From: an uncultured archaeon
GTDB taxonomy: Archaea; Asgardarchaeota; Lokiarchaeia; Sigyniarchaeales; SOKP01
NCBI GenBank assembly: GCA_964388035.1
Contig: CAYLZE010000047.1
Span: 2,528 to 34,541 of the forward strand
Length of the DNA: 32,014 bases
Reading direction: 5' to 3'
Part shown: piece after piece, positions 1 through 9,345 of the stretch
Layout of the letters: the number at the start of each line of letters is the position of its first letter
Numbering within the stretch: the first letter of the stretch is position 1
The notes under the pieces: generated by a model
What the model was told of the DNA's origin: nothing
Databases searched by the model: none
What the model saw: the letters and a program-made list of their open reading frames with translations, nothing else
Made by a program: the position numbers and the translations under genes

Positions 1-33
1 ATCTTTCACTTTAAAATGAGATAGATATTTCAT
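1..33 (-). CDS. Possible 5' end of a gene running off the window (MKYLSHFKVKD...)
   Basis: ATG at 33-31, open to the window edge, downstream of the co-oriented gene 147-836. Only 11 codons are visible. Confidence 0.3.
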   Translation of the reverse strand, partial: MKYLSHFKVKD

Positions 34-146
34 AACCTTAAGAATATTTCCTCCCGCTTTCTTTAAAGATAGTTTATTTAACCGAGTTGAGGTAAACTCA
101 ATGTGTATATAATAGTTAATTAAAATGAAATAAATTTTTTTAGAGG

Positions 147-836
147 TCACCAGACTTCGACAATTTCACTAAGTCTATATTTATCATCAGTGACTCTGTA
201 TTCACTTATATCTTGGGAAAGGTCAATATTTTCTAAGGGAGTTATGACTAATCGTACAAACGAAGTCCTGATAAAATATTCCACTTTGCATTTTTTATGT
301 TCGGATAAAAAATAACTGAAATAATTTGCCCAAAATTCCCCAAATCTTTCATTTTGGAATTCATGATAAAGGAGCATAATATAATTTCCTTTACTCCCCT
401 TTTCAATTGATATTTTATAAAAATAATTAGCAGTTATCCAGATTTTTTTAATTGCATTTAAAATATCCTCAACCGATAACTCATCAATAGCCTTTTGAGC
501 ATACCATTCAACAAGATCAAGAGCAATATTATTGCGATATACATTTTTATAATCCCCCGTGATGTATGCAATGAAAGTGGGTTTTCCTACTAATAACATT
601 TTTAATTCATCTTTTGTTCTATTCCAGAGGGAATGCTCCTCTTCTTTATCAGGATGATGGAATTTCTCAAGTAGGTCTAAAGCTTTTTCAATTACTTTAG
701 ATTTATTTCCGTATATTTTGTTTCCATCTTTATCTTTAAGCTTAGCATATGCATTCAATATATTCTCCTTCTCCATTGAAATAGTCGTGTGAACTCTTAC
801 TCTAATTTTTTCCTTATTTTTTGTTTTGGTGCTCAT
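147..836 (-). CDS. Putative transcription regulator: N-terminal ribbon-helix-helix domain plus C-terminal ligand-binding-like domain
   Basis: RVRVHTTISMEKENILNAYAK...GNKSKVIEKALDLL has the beta-strand/helix A/G-x-x-S-x-V-I helix B pattern of RHH proteins. The gene is divergent from the oxidoreductase pair. Confidence 0.55.
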   Translation of the reverse strand: MSTKTKNKEKIRVRVHTTISMEKENILNAYAKLKDKDGNKIYGNKSKVIEKALDLLEKFHHPDKEEEHSLWNRTKDELKMLLVGKPTFIAYITGDYKNVYRNNIALDLVEWYAQKAIDELSVEDILNAIKKIWITANYFYKISIEKGSKGNYIMLLYHEFQNERFGEFWANYFSYFLSEHKKCKVEYFIRTSFVRLVITPLENIDLSQDISEYRVTDDKYRLSEIVEVW

Positions 837-949
837 TTTATTTGAAAATTTTTATTTTATACTATATTTCGTATTTTTTCTGCAATTTAAATATAATACA
901 ATTTTTTGGATATTAAATTTTATTATTTTTAATATTATTCAAAAAAAAA

Positions 950-1010
950 TGTGCATAAATAGATTTAAATAGTTAACACGATTCCTCAAAAAGTGTGCAT
1001 CACAATTTTT
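950..1010. promoter_or_regulatory. Repeated TGTGCAT motif flanking a TATA-like box; candidate operator
   Basis: TGTGCAT at 950-956 and 994-1000 (the second within the imperfect palindrome AAAAAGTGTGCATCACAATTTTT); TTTAAATA at 964-971 lies between them. Confidence 0.35.
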
Positions 1011-1081
1011 TATTAAAATAAATTGAAATGAGTTGATGAAAAATATCATATAAAGTACCAAATAATAAAGATCTTGAAGCT

Positions 1082-2566
1082 TTGATTGGTATCGTTGGGA
1101 AAAATTATGCGACAAATAATGAAGCAATTACAGCTTCATACCTTGCTAAATCCGTCATGGGATTAGAAAGTCAAATACCTGACATTGTTATTCGCCCCAA
1201 ATACGTAGAAGAGATTCGGAAGGTTCTAATTTATTGTTCTCAGGAAAAAATAGCGGTTTCACCTATATCTGCGGGGCTTTCTGGAGGATTTGCTTGTCCA
1301 ACTATTAAGCCAGCAGGTGTGTTGCTTGATTTAAGCAGAATGGACAGGATTTTAGAAATTGATGAGAAAAATAGAATCCTTATTATTGAACCGGGAGTTA
1401 CGTGCGGTCAAATTTGGGCTTACATGCATAAGAATTATCCCGAGTGGGCACCACCAATTCCCGATGGAGCTCCACCTGCTGCGACAGTGATGGGGGATGC
1501 AATAGAACGAGGCTTTTCGCTTTATACTTCGAGTGTAGGTCCACAAGGTGACAACTTTATGTGTGCTGAAGTTGTATTTCCAAACGGAGATATTTTGCGA
1601 ACTGGTTCATGGGCATTACCTTTTGCTAAACCCTTCTATAAATATGGATTAGGACCGGATCTTTGGTCAATATTAATGGGGAGTCAAGGTACTATGGGAG
1701 TAGTTACTAAAGCAGCATTGAAGATGTTTCCACATCCGGATTTTAAAACGATCGTTAATTGGGGAATGGGAAATCCGCAAGATATGCAAAATGTTACATT
1801 TGAAATTGCTAAGCAAGAATTTGGAATAGCTCATAATACAGTAATGGTTCAAGGTGGAAACTACGCTATTGCAATGTGTAGATGGCCAAAGGATAAAATT
1901 CCTCATGATTATAAGTTCTTTGAAGAAAAGGGCTATCCCCTGTGGTGGATGAATTGGGAAATCTGGGCACAAACACAGAGGGAACTGGATTTTTGCGTTG
2001 AAACTGTAAATCTGTTATGTAATAAATTTAAAAATTCAAATCAATGTCGAGATCCAGAGACCATGAAACCTATAGAGCTTCATCCCAAACAAATAGCAAG
2101 TCGGTTAAAAAAACCAAATAAAATTGCAGTACCCTATAGTTTATGGGAAGCGGGCTTTTTATTTATAACTTGGTATACTCCTTGGAATGATTGTGCTCAT
2201 TTTGCGGAAATGTACAACGCAGCATTGGAAAAATATGAGTTTCCTCCCGTAATGTGGATTGCAAGTATTGAACGATGCCGTCAAGCCATTTGCATGCCGA
2301 TCGTCTGTTTTGACTCAATTTTCTGCAACTCAAAGTGTTCAGAAAGAGGTTCCAAAACGGAAGATTTTGAACGAGTTCAAGAGGTAAACAGAGAAACCAC
2401 CGACTATGCCCTCAAACAAGGATGGTTGAATTACAGACCGGATCCTTACGTACATGCTCCTTCCATGTATAGTCAAGCAGGCATGTATTGGAAATACTTG
2501 AGGAAACTGAAAAGAATGGTGGATCCAAATATGATACTTCATCCAGGAAGGTTATGTCTTCCTTAA
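1082..2566 (+). CDS. FAD-linked oxidoreductase (VAO/PCMH/GlcD family); true start probably upstream; candidate in-frame intron at 2319-2351
   Basis: PDIVIRP, LLDLSRMDRILEID, IEPGVT, GSQGTMGVVTKA and C-terminal KLKRMVDPNMILHPG are FAD_binding_4/FAD-oxidase_C family motifs. The frame is open upstream to 1040. Confidence 0.9.
   Translation: MIGIVGKNYATNNEAITASYLAKSVMGLESQIPDIVIRPKYVEEIRKVLIYCSQEKIAVSPISAGLSGGFACPTIKPAGVLLDLSRMDRILEIDEKNRILIIEPGVTCGQIWAYMHKNYPEWAPPIPDGAPPAATVMGDAIERGFSLYTSSVGPQGDNFMCAEVVFPNGDILRTGSWALPFAKPFYKYGLGPDLWSILMGSQGTMGVVTKAALKMFPHPDFKTIVNWGMGNPQDMQNVTFEIAKQEFGIAHNTVMVQGGNYAIAMCRWPKDKIPHDYKFFEEKGYPLWWMNWEIWAQTQRELDFCVETVNLLCNKFKNSNQCRDPETMKPIELHPKQIASRLKKPNKIAVPYSLWEAGFLFITWYTPWNDCAHFAEMYNAALEKYEFPPVMWIASIERCRQAICMPIVCFDSIFCNSKCSERGSKTEDFERVQEVNRETTDYALKQGWLNYRPDPYVHAPSMYSQAGMYWKYLRKLKRMVDPNMILHPGRLCLP
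2319..2351 (+). other. Candidate 33-nt BHB/BHL intron within the oxidoreductase mRNA
   Basis: Outer stem 2304-2312/2353-2361 (9 bp), central helix ACUC/GAGG (3 bp plus A.G), bulges AAU and UUC, inner stem UUUCUG/CAGAAA. Removal is in-frame. Confidence 0.55.
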
Positions 2567-2584
2567 AGAAGGTGATAAAGTAGA

Positions 2585-3937
2585 ATGACAAAAACTGGAA
2601 TGCAAAAATTAGAAGAACTAAAACCACAAATCTTCATGTGTATCCATTGTAAAGCATGTAAGTACAGTTATTCCGGAGAACCTAGTAGAGAAGGAATTGG
2701 AAAATGGAAAGGAAAGCAAAAAACAATACTCTATGAAGGAATGGTAGATTCTTGTCCTGCAGGGATTGAATACGGATGGGAAGCTTTTTGGAATGCAGGT
2801 AAGATGTGGATAGCACGCTCGATATTAAATGGAGATTTAAAATTTTCAGAAAAGGTGAGAGATACAATTTATCCTTGTATTACTTGTGGTCTATGTTCAA
2901 GCCAATGTGATAATAAAATTCCAACCGTGGATATTCTTGAAAGCATGAGGGCAGCATGCGTTGAATCTGGAGTTCCTTTGATTGAAAAACATCAGCAAAT
3001 CATTAATTTGGTTCAAGAATATAACAACCCCTATGGTGGTAAAGCTAAAGAAAGGTTAAAATGGGCAAAAGATTCTGGTTTCGAGAAATATATTGACAAC
3101 AAGAGTGCAAAGATTGGTTATTATGTAGGATGCACTGCAAGCTATAGACAATTAGATATTGCTGTTTCAACGTGTAATTTACTAGAAAAATTGGGAATAA
3201 ATTTCACATTAATTTCTGATGAGGTCTGTTGTGGAAGTCCCTTTTTTCGAATTGGTGCTATTGATGTTGCTAAAGATCTAATGAACAAGAATCTTGAAAG
3301 TTTTGGAAAGTTAGAGAAAGTATATTTCTCTTGTGCCGGATGCTATAGAACATTTTTTATAGATTATCCAAAATGGAATGAACATCGAGAAATCCCATTT
3401 AAAATGGCCCATACGTTTGAATTAATTTCCGAATTAATCACAGAAGATAAACTCAAGTTTAAAAAAAATAGAGAATTGGAAGGGGAAATCATTACTTATC
3501 ACGATCCATGTCATATAGGAAGACATTTTGGTCTAGAAATTGAACGACGGATAACGGAACAGTCTAAAAACTTAATGCTTGATGCAAGAAAAATTAAAGA
3601 AAAGATTGATAATTGGTTCGAAATTCCAAGGGCCATACTGAAGCAATTGGAACAAGATGTGGGGATTATATTCAAGGAAATGTATCGAATAAAGATGAAT
3701 TCCATGTGTTGCGGAGCGGGTGGAGGGGTCAGAGCTGGGTATCCTGATTTTAGTCTGAGGACCTCGAGTTTACGCTGTGATGAGGCGAATGCTATAGGAG
3801 CAGATATATTAACAACAGAGTGTCCTTTTTGCAAGACAAATTTAAGTGATGCTAATAAATTATATGAACATGGAATGAAAGTGATTGGGTTACTTCAACT
3901 AATTGATGAGTTCGATCTAATGGAACTTTCATTATAA
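2585..3937 (+). CDS. Fe-S oxidoreductase, HdrD/GlpC-like (4Fe-4S dicluster plus two CCG domains)
   Basis: CIHCKAC...CP, CITCGLCSSQC, YYVGC, EVCCGSP, SCAGC, YHDPCHIGR, CCGAGGG, TECPFC. Confidence 0.9.
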   Translation: MTKTGMQKLEELKPQIFMCIHCKACKYSYSGEPSREGIGKWKGKQKTILYEGMVDSCPAGIEYGWEAFWNAGKMWIARSILNGDLKFSEKVRDTIYPCITCGLCSSQCDNKIPTVDILESMRAACVESGVPLIEKHQQIINLVQEYNNPYGGKAKERLKWAKDSGFEKYIDNKSAKIGYYVGCTASYRQLDIAVSTCNLLEKLGINFTLISDEVCCGSPFFRIGAIDVAKDLMNKNLESFGKLEKVYFSCAGCYRTFFIDYPKWNEHREIPFKMAHTFELISELITEDKLKFKKNRELEGEIITYHDPCHIGRHFGLEIERRITEQSKNLMLDARKIKEKIDNWFEIPRAILKQLEQDVGIIFKEMYRIKMNSMCCGAGGGVRAGYPDFSLRTSSLRCDEANAIGADILTTECPFCKTNLSDANKLYEHGMKVIGLLQLIDEFDLMELSL

Positions 3938-3956
3938 TTTAAAATCATAATCAATA

Positions 3957-3966
3957 TTTTTTTTTT
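3957..3966 (+). terminator. Oligo-T tract, possible archaeal terminator
   Basis: T10 about 20 nt after the stop of 2585-3937, in a convergent intergenic region. Confidence 0.35.
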
Positions 3967-4043
3967 CTCTCACTTGAAAGGGTTATCAAAATTAAATTTA
4001 CCAAAAGGAAAGAATGTAAAGATTTACTTGAAAATGAAATTTG

Positions 4044-4934
4044 TTAAGAAAGAAATGATCCAATCGCACCTGCATATTCAGAGTTTTTCAAAAAGATGGC
4101 TTTTTTATTATTTATTTTACATAACAAGCTTAAAATATTTTTCAGAACTGAATTATCCACCAAAAATCCACCAAAGAAGATAATCTCTCGTGCATCGTGA
4201 TTTATTGCCATTTGTACCGAGAGTGCTCCGATATTTTCCGCTATCATGCTAATTATTGAAGCAATAACATCTTCTTTGTTATAATCATTTGAACTTTTTC
4301 CATTTATAATTTTTCCAAGAGAAGCAGCCGTAAATTCTCGAAATAGTAAATCTACCCGTTGATCTCTTGAATCATAGATATCCGCGACTTTTAGGTCCAC
4401 GTTGTATCTATTTCCTCTTTTTACCAAGTCCATTGCCATCTGATAATCATCTATTTGATATAATAAAGATAATAAGCCAAGGAAAAAACCCCCTCCTAAA
4501 GCAGATCCCCCTAAATGGATAGGCGTTTCCTTTTGAAAGACAATCGAAGTTCCCGTCCCTAAGCAAACCAAGAGCGCATTATAAGGTTTTTTCTTTTTTT
4601 GAATCTCAAATAAATATTCGATTCCTCTCAAGTTTGCTTCAAATTCATTTAATAGTGATGCCTTCAAGATTTTATCGTATTTCAAGTATAAATTATAGCA
4701 TTTTCCCCCAGTAAAATTCAATTGTGAAAGGTTTTCTTTTCTTGAATCGATATATTCACTGATTTTTTCCATGTTTTCGAAAGTTGAGATTTTAGATAGG
4801 AATAATTCATCCTCCCTTCTCCATGCTATTTTAGTGAGACTTTGTCCAATATCAAGGCCCATTTTCATCGCTGATACCTCCCGCCATTGCTCGGGGATTT
4901 TTAGTTTTTCACTTTCAAATGGTTTTAAGGACAT
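4044..4934 (-). CDS. coaW: Type II pantothenate kinase (Fumble/CoaW family)
   Basis: GLDIGQSLTK, TGG, NEFEANLRG, LGTGTS, HLGGSALGGG, G-N-R-x-x-VDLKVADIY, AASLGK, YAGAIG. Confidence 0.85.
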   Translation of the reverse strand: MSLKPFESEKLKIPEQWREVSAMKMGLDIGQSLTKIAWRREDELFLSKISTFENMEKISEYIDSRKENLSQLNFTGGKCYNLYLKYDKILKASLLNEFEANLRGIEYLFEIQKKKKPYNALLVCLGTGTSIVFQKETPIHLGGSALGGGFFLGLLSLLYQIDDYQMAMDLVKRGNRYNVDLKVADIYDSRDQRVDLLFREFTAASLGKIINGKSSNDYNKEDVIASIISMIAENIGALSVQMAINHDAREIIFFGGFLVDNSVLKNILSLLCKINNKKAIFLKNSEYAGAIGSFLS

Positions 4935-5031
4935 GGTAAAAGTTTAATTTAAGTATTTTATTAACTTAGTTTATTAAATTATCTACTTTTATTAAATTTC
5001 TTTTAATTAAATTTCCCGTGATATATTAACA

Positions 5032-6438
5032 TTGACTTTACCAATCGAATATCCCAAAGTTGTTATTGCAAGGGGGAATTCCCCAGAAGAAACGCTTTCT
5101 AATGCATTTTCTAAATTTGGTGAGATGACATCTATCATTAAGGAAGGGGAAGATGCGTGCATCCTGATTAATATGGAAGGTTTTTATGGATTTCCTGCTA
5201 TGGTTAATCTCCAGACGTTAAAAAGTTTAATCGATATCGTTAAGCAAGCTGGCGCCCATAAGATTTCCATAGGTGTACTTAATCGAGAGAACATTCCTAT
5301 AAAATTAGCTCTTGATTATAGGGGCTTAATAAATTTTTTTAATGAACTCAAGGTGGAAATTCTATATTTAGACAATAGTAATTATTATATTGGGGAGCGT
5401 AACAAGGTTGAAGAACTAAAAATAATTAAGGAACGTGATTTTAATGTTGAAACAAAAGAGAATGTTCAATATCTCCTCCCAAGGGAAATTGTAAAAAATA
5501 ATCATTTAATAATTCTAAATCAAGTTGGAGTTCATCCTATTTTTGTTTTAAATTTAAGCATTTTAAGGTTCTTGGATTTCTCGGTGAAAAAATCCTCTCA
5601 CATGCAAAAAGAGAAGAAAAATAGGATTGAATATTGTAGAAGTGATGAGTATGAAAAGGAACTGATAAAAACTATTTTACATAATTATTCTTTTTTAAAA
5701 CCCGCTTTAGTAATTAATGATCTTTTCTACATGCAAGAAAGTGCGGGACCTTGTATTTATAAGGATTCTAATTTAAAAAAAACCAATACAATGGTAATTG
5801 GGAATAATCCTTTAGCGACGGATCAAGTTACCATGAGCCTTCTGGGTGTAGATCCCGAGAATCATGTAATTATTCGGGAAGCAAAACATCTTGGATTAAT
5901 TAAATACAGTTTTGATTCTCTTAATGTAATTGGAGAAAATTTAGAGGGGATGAAAAGGGAAATTAATAAATGTGCAAAGTTGAAAGAAATCGGGGTCTTA
6001 AATTTATATTTACGTCAGGGGCAGCTTTGTTCGGGGTGTAGTGAAAAAGCATATCATTTTCTAAACCTTCTTAAAACCTACATGCTGAAAGATCTTAAAT
6101 ACATTAAAAAAAACTGGTTTTTCATGGGTGAAAGCCCGCCAGATCTGGAAAAAGCTGAAAATCCCATAATCTTATTCGGGGATTGTGCTATTGAATCCAC
6201 GAAAAGATATGCTTTTAGGAAAATATCAAAAGTTTCTAAAAAAAAGATGAAAGTGAAGAAAAATAAAAAGATTATTGAATTAAATGGATGTCCCCCTTCA
6301 ATTTCCGATTGTTTAATAAAATTAAAGGATTATTATGGTAAAGGAAATCTCCCATCAATTCATTCATATCTAAAAATGCTAAAATCGATTAAATTCTTTG
6401 AAGCGAAAAAGAAATTAGATGCATGGAGGGAATTATAG
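5032..6438 (+). CDS. DUF362-family Fe-S protein (degenerate N-terminal motifs)
   Basis: KPALVIND...AGP, NPLATDQV..LLG, and a C-terminal CSGC / GDCA / GCPP cluster-binding module. Confidence 0.7.
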   Translation: MTLPIEYPKVVIARGNSPEETLSNAFSKFGEMTSIIKEGEDACILINMEGFYGFPAMVNLQTLKSLIDIVKQAGAHKISIGVLNRENIPIKLALDYRGLINFFNELKVEILYLDNSNYYIGERNKVEELKIIKERDFNVETKENVQYLLPREIVKNNHLIILNQVGVHPIFVLNLSILRFLDFSVKKSSHMQKEKKNRIEYCRSDEYEKELIKTILHNYSFLKPALVINDLFYMQESAGPCIYKDSNLKKTNTMVIGNNPLATDQVTMSLLGVDPENHVIIREAKHLGLIKYSFDSLNVIGENLEGMKREINKCAKLKEIGVLNLYLRQGQLCSGCSEKAYHFLNLLKTYMLKDLKYIKKNWFFMGESPPDLEKAENPIILFGDCAIESTKRYAFRKISKVSKKKMKVKKNKKIIELNGCPPSISDCLIKLKDYYGKGNLPSIHSYLKMLKSIKFFEAKKKLDAWREL

Positions 6439-6440
6439 AG

Positions 6441-8021
6441 ATGTTTAACGAAAAGTTTTTAAAAAATTGGTTAAATATCCTGAAATATAATGGTAAGCTT
6501 CGATATTTAGAAAGCCCCGAAACCATGAAGGAAGTTGTCAATATCCCATTTACTCCCTTTGAAATAAACGCATTTTTATTCCATTCCTTAGTAAAAACTC
6601 TTTATCCCAAATTTATCACGGATAAAAATAATATTTTAGACGTGATTGTATCGGAAGATAATTCAAAAATTCTTGCATTCTACTTTTATGAGACAGATGA
6701 AGCGGGAATCGTTGAGAAGTACGATGAAATGGAATTTAAATCAATGGTGCTTAATCTAGAAAAGCACGATTCAAAAACAAAGCTTGCTTCGAGTATCTAT
6801 GACTATTGCTTAGAGGAAAAAGGATTAAATATTGGATCTATTAGGATTCTCGATAAATTAGGAATTGAATTAATCAATAGATATCTTGCTACTCTCCCAA
6901 AATTATCTTTTTATGAATTTTTAGGAGCATTTTTTGACTTGATAGGCAATTTAATCAAAGAGGAATTAGTTGTTATATATCCTGTTCCAAATGGTTATCA
7001 ATTTTTTAAAAATTTCATATTATTAATACATCCCATTAAACTCTCTTCACTATATAAATTTCTAACGGGATTCCTTCCTGAAATTAACTCATCAATAATT
7101 TTAGAGAATAAGAGTATCCAATATCTTATCAAGGTTTCAAGTAAAAAAAATGCTGCCCTTAATTCCGAATATTCCCTTGAATTTTTGGATTCAAACTCCA
7201 TTAAAATGAGGGAAAAAGAACAAGGCATGGAGATTTTTTTAAACTCCATGATGACTACAACCGGAACAAAGTCATGTTATTGGTTTGATTTTAAAGATAT
7301 TTATGGGTTTTTATCAACACTTTTTGAAATGAACGTTCCTTTTGAAAAGGAGCAAATTGAGTTAATTCTCCAAAAACTAATATTTGGTTTTAGAAAGTTC
7401 AATGATCTTTGGTATCTCTCTCCCATTCCCAAGGCAAGCTGGAACTTGACGCGATTCATAATTCGCCTCTTCTTATTTCTTAATTTTAATCTACGGAAGT
7501 TGTCGTATTGGAGCCTTCCTTATTTTATAGTTGACACGTTAGAAGCATATTTTGGATTGAATTCTAAAACGCTAGTTATTTTAACGGACATAGAATCCCA
7601 TCCTAGAATTAATCCAAGGGACTTAAATTTCTTGGAATCATGTTTTCAATCGGCTTTCTTGATTGAAATTGAAAATAAGCGATTATCTAAAATCATTCCT
7701 ATAAAAAAGGAAAAAATTTTTTCTAATGGTAATTTGAATGATTTAGAATCTATTTATAGTCAATTTTTAGCCGTTAATACCCTTCTTACTTCCGTAATTA
7801 ACGTGGACTTATCCTTCTTGAAAGAATTTTTCAATGAATATATTTTTAGCATCTACAAATTTAATCTGATCTCTAAATTAAGATTCCTGAGAGGAATAAA
7901 GAAAAAAAATAATTTTAATATGTTTCCGGTATTCCCGATCTTCACATTAATAAAAAAAAAGAATTCCTATTCTCTTTTCAAGATGTTTTTGAAGATAGCT
8001 ATTGATAAACACGAATTTTAA
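6441..8021 (+). CDS. Hypothetical protein
   Basis: Long ORF. ATG at 6441 lies 2 nt after the upstream stop, with GGAGG at 6425-6429 (alternative start 6423). No motif recognised. Confidence 0.75.
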   Translation: MFNEKFLKNWLNILKYNGKLRYLESPETMKEVVNIPFTPFEINAFLFHSLVKTLYPKFITDKNNILDVIVSEDNSKILAFYFYETDEAGIVEKYDEMEFKSMVLNLEKHDSKTKLASSIYDYCLEEKGLNIGSIRILDKLGIELINRYLATLPKLSFYEFLGAFFDLIGNLIKEELVVIYPVPNGYQFFKNFILLIHPIKLSSLYKFLTGFLPEINSSIILENKSIQYLIKVSSKKNAALNSEYSLEFLDSNSIKMREKEQGMEIFLNSMMTTTGTKSCYWFDFKDIYGFLSTLFEMNVPFEKEQIELILQKLIFGFRKFNDLWYLSPIPKASWNLTRFIIRLFLFLNFNLRKLSYWSLPYFIVDTLEAYFGLNSKTLVILTDIESHPRINPRDLNFLESCFQSAFLIEIENKRLSKIIPIKKEKIFSNGNLNDLESIYSQFLAVNTLLTSVINVDLSFLKEFFNEYIFSIYKFNLISKLRFLRGIKKKNNFNMFPVFPIFTLIKKKNSYSLFKMFLKIAIDKHEF

Positions 8022-8052
8022 AAAAAGATTAAGGTTAAACTAGCAAATTAAT

Positions 8053-9111
8053 TTAAATATAATTCTTAGCAATTAGATATTCGGCACTTAATACTCCTCC
8101 TCTCCCCGCTCCAAGTTCCGTGTTGTGGCTTAGAACTGTAAATTTTATGCCATTCATGAAATTTGTAGTTTCCAATCCGCCAACAAATGTAGTCATTCCA
8201 TTTTTCTTGTCGGCTAAATCAATTCGCGGTTGAGGTCGATATGGGTCTTGCATCACTTTAATTGGGACTTTTGGAGCATTAGGCAAATCTAATCCTGAAG
8301 TATCTCCCTTAAACTCTTTCAAAACATTTTTAATTTCCTCTAATGAAGAAAAAGGTTGCTTTGTCTGAATAAAGATGCTTTCTATGTGTCCATCAATAGA
8401 GGGAACCCTATTGCATTTACAGTCAATTAAAAATTCCGGGGTTTGAAATTGTCCATTTTCTATGGTAGCTAAAATTTTCTTGGCTTCTTTAACGACTTTT
8501 TCCTCTTCTCCCTCAATATGAGGGATGACATTGGCGATGATATCATAAGAAGGAACCCCAGGATATCCTGCTCCTGTAATGGCTTGCATGCTAACCATGT
8601 GAACAGTATTCAATCCAAACTTCTTGAAAATGGGATAAAGTGAAGTAGCGAGACCCACTGTGGTACAATTAGGACCTGGTAATACAAACCCCTCCCAATC
8701 CCTGTTCTTTTTTTGTAAATCGAGGATTTCATAATGATGCCCATTAATAATGGGAAGGAAAATGGGAACATCTGGTTCATATCGATAAGCAGAAGCAGTC
8801 GATATGATTGGAGTTGTCTTGGCTAATCTCCCTTCCACTTCACGTGCTTGCTTACTTGGAATCGCAGAAAAAATAATATCGGTTGTCTTGATATCAACAT
8901 CTTCCGTATCCCGCACTTTTAATTCTAGTATTTCTTCTGGATATTCAAAACTAGTTAATCCCCGAATTGAATCTCCATATTTTTTCCCAACAGAACTATG
9001 ACCATGAAGAGATACGATATCAAACCATGGATGCCCAACTAACGCCTCCATGAATTGCTGACCTGCCATTCCAGTAGCACCAATAATTGAAGCATTATAT
9101 TTTTTTTTCAT
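8053..9111 (-). CDS. asd: Aspartate-semialdehyde dehydrogenase (archaeal/eukaryotic type)
   Basis: IIGATGMAGQ, catalytic PNCTT, SMQAITGAGYPG, CNRVPSIDGH, SHNTELGAG. Confidence 0.95.
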   Translation of the reverse strand: MKKKYNASIIGATGMAGQQFMEALVGHPWFDIVSLHGHSSVGKKYGDSIRGLTSFEYPEEILELKVRDTEDVDIKTTDIIFSAIPSKQAREVEGRLAKTTPIISTASAYRYEPDVPIFLPIINGHHYEILDLQKKNRDWEGFVLPGPNCTTVGLATSLYPIFKKFGLNTVHMVSMQAITGAGYPGVPSYDIIANVIPHIEGEEEKVVKEAKKILATIENGQFQTPEFLIDCKCNRVPSIDGHIESIFIQTKQPFSSLEEIKNVLKEFKGDTSGLDLPNAPKVPIKVMQDPYRPQPRIDLADKKNGMTTFVGGLETTNFMNGIKFTVLSHNTELGAGRGGVLSAEYLIAKNYI

Positions 9112-9345
9112 GATTCTAGCACTCCTTATTATTCACAATATCGATTCAATTTGTTATAATTTTTAGAGATTTTAGAATTTTTTGGTATTTTGAATCTCTA
9201 TTAATAAAATCTTAATTAATTATTGATAGATTTTTATTTTGCAAGTTCTTGAACGAAAGTGGATTATTGGGCATCAATGAAAATAATTTAATATCTCTCT
9301 CCAAAAATGAAAAGAAAAAAATCAATTAAGATATCAGGAATTGTT

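Noticed and set aside
3938-4043. Possible SECIS for the oxidoreductase operon
   Set aside because: Only weak AT-rich pairing; no tandem GA/GA core.
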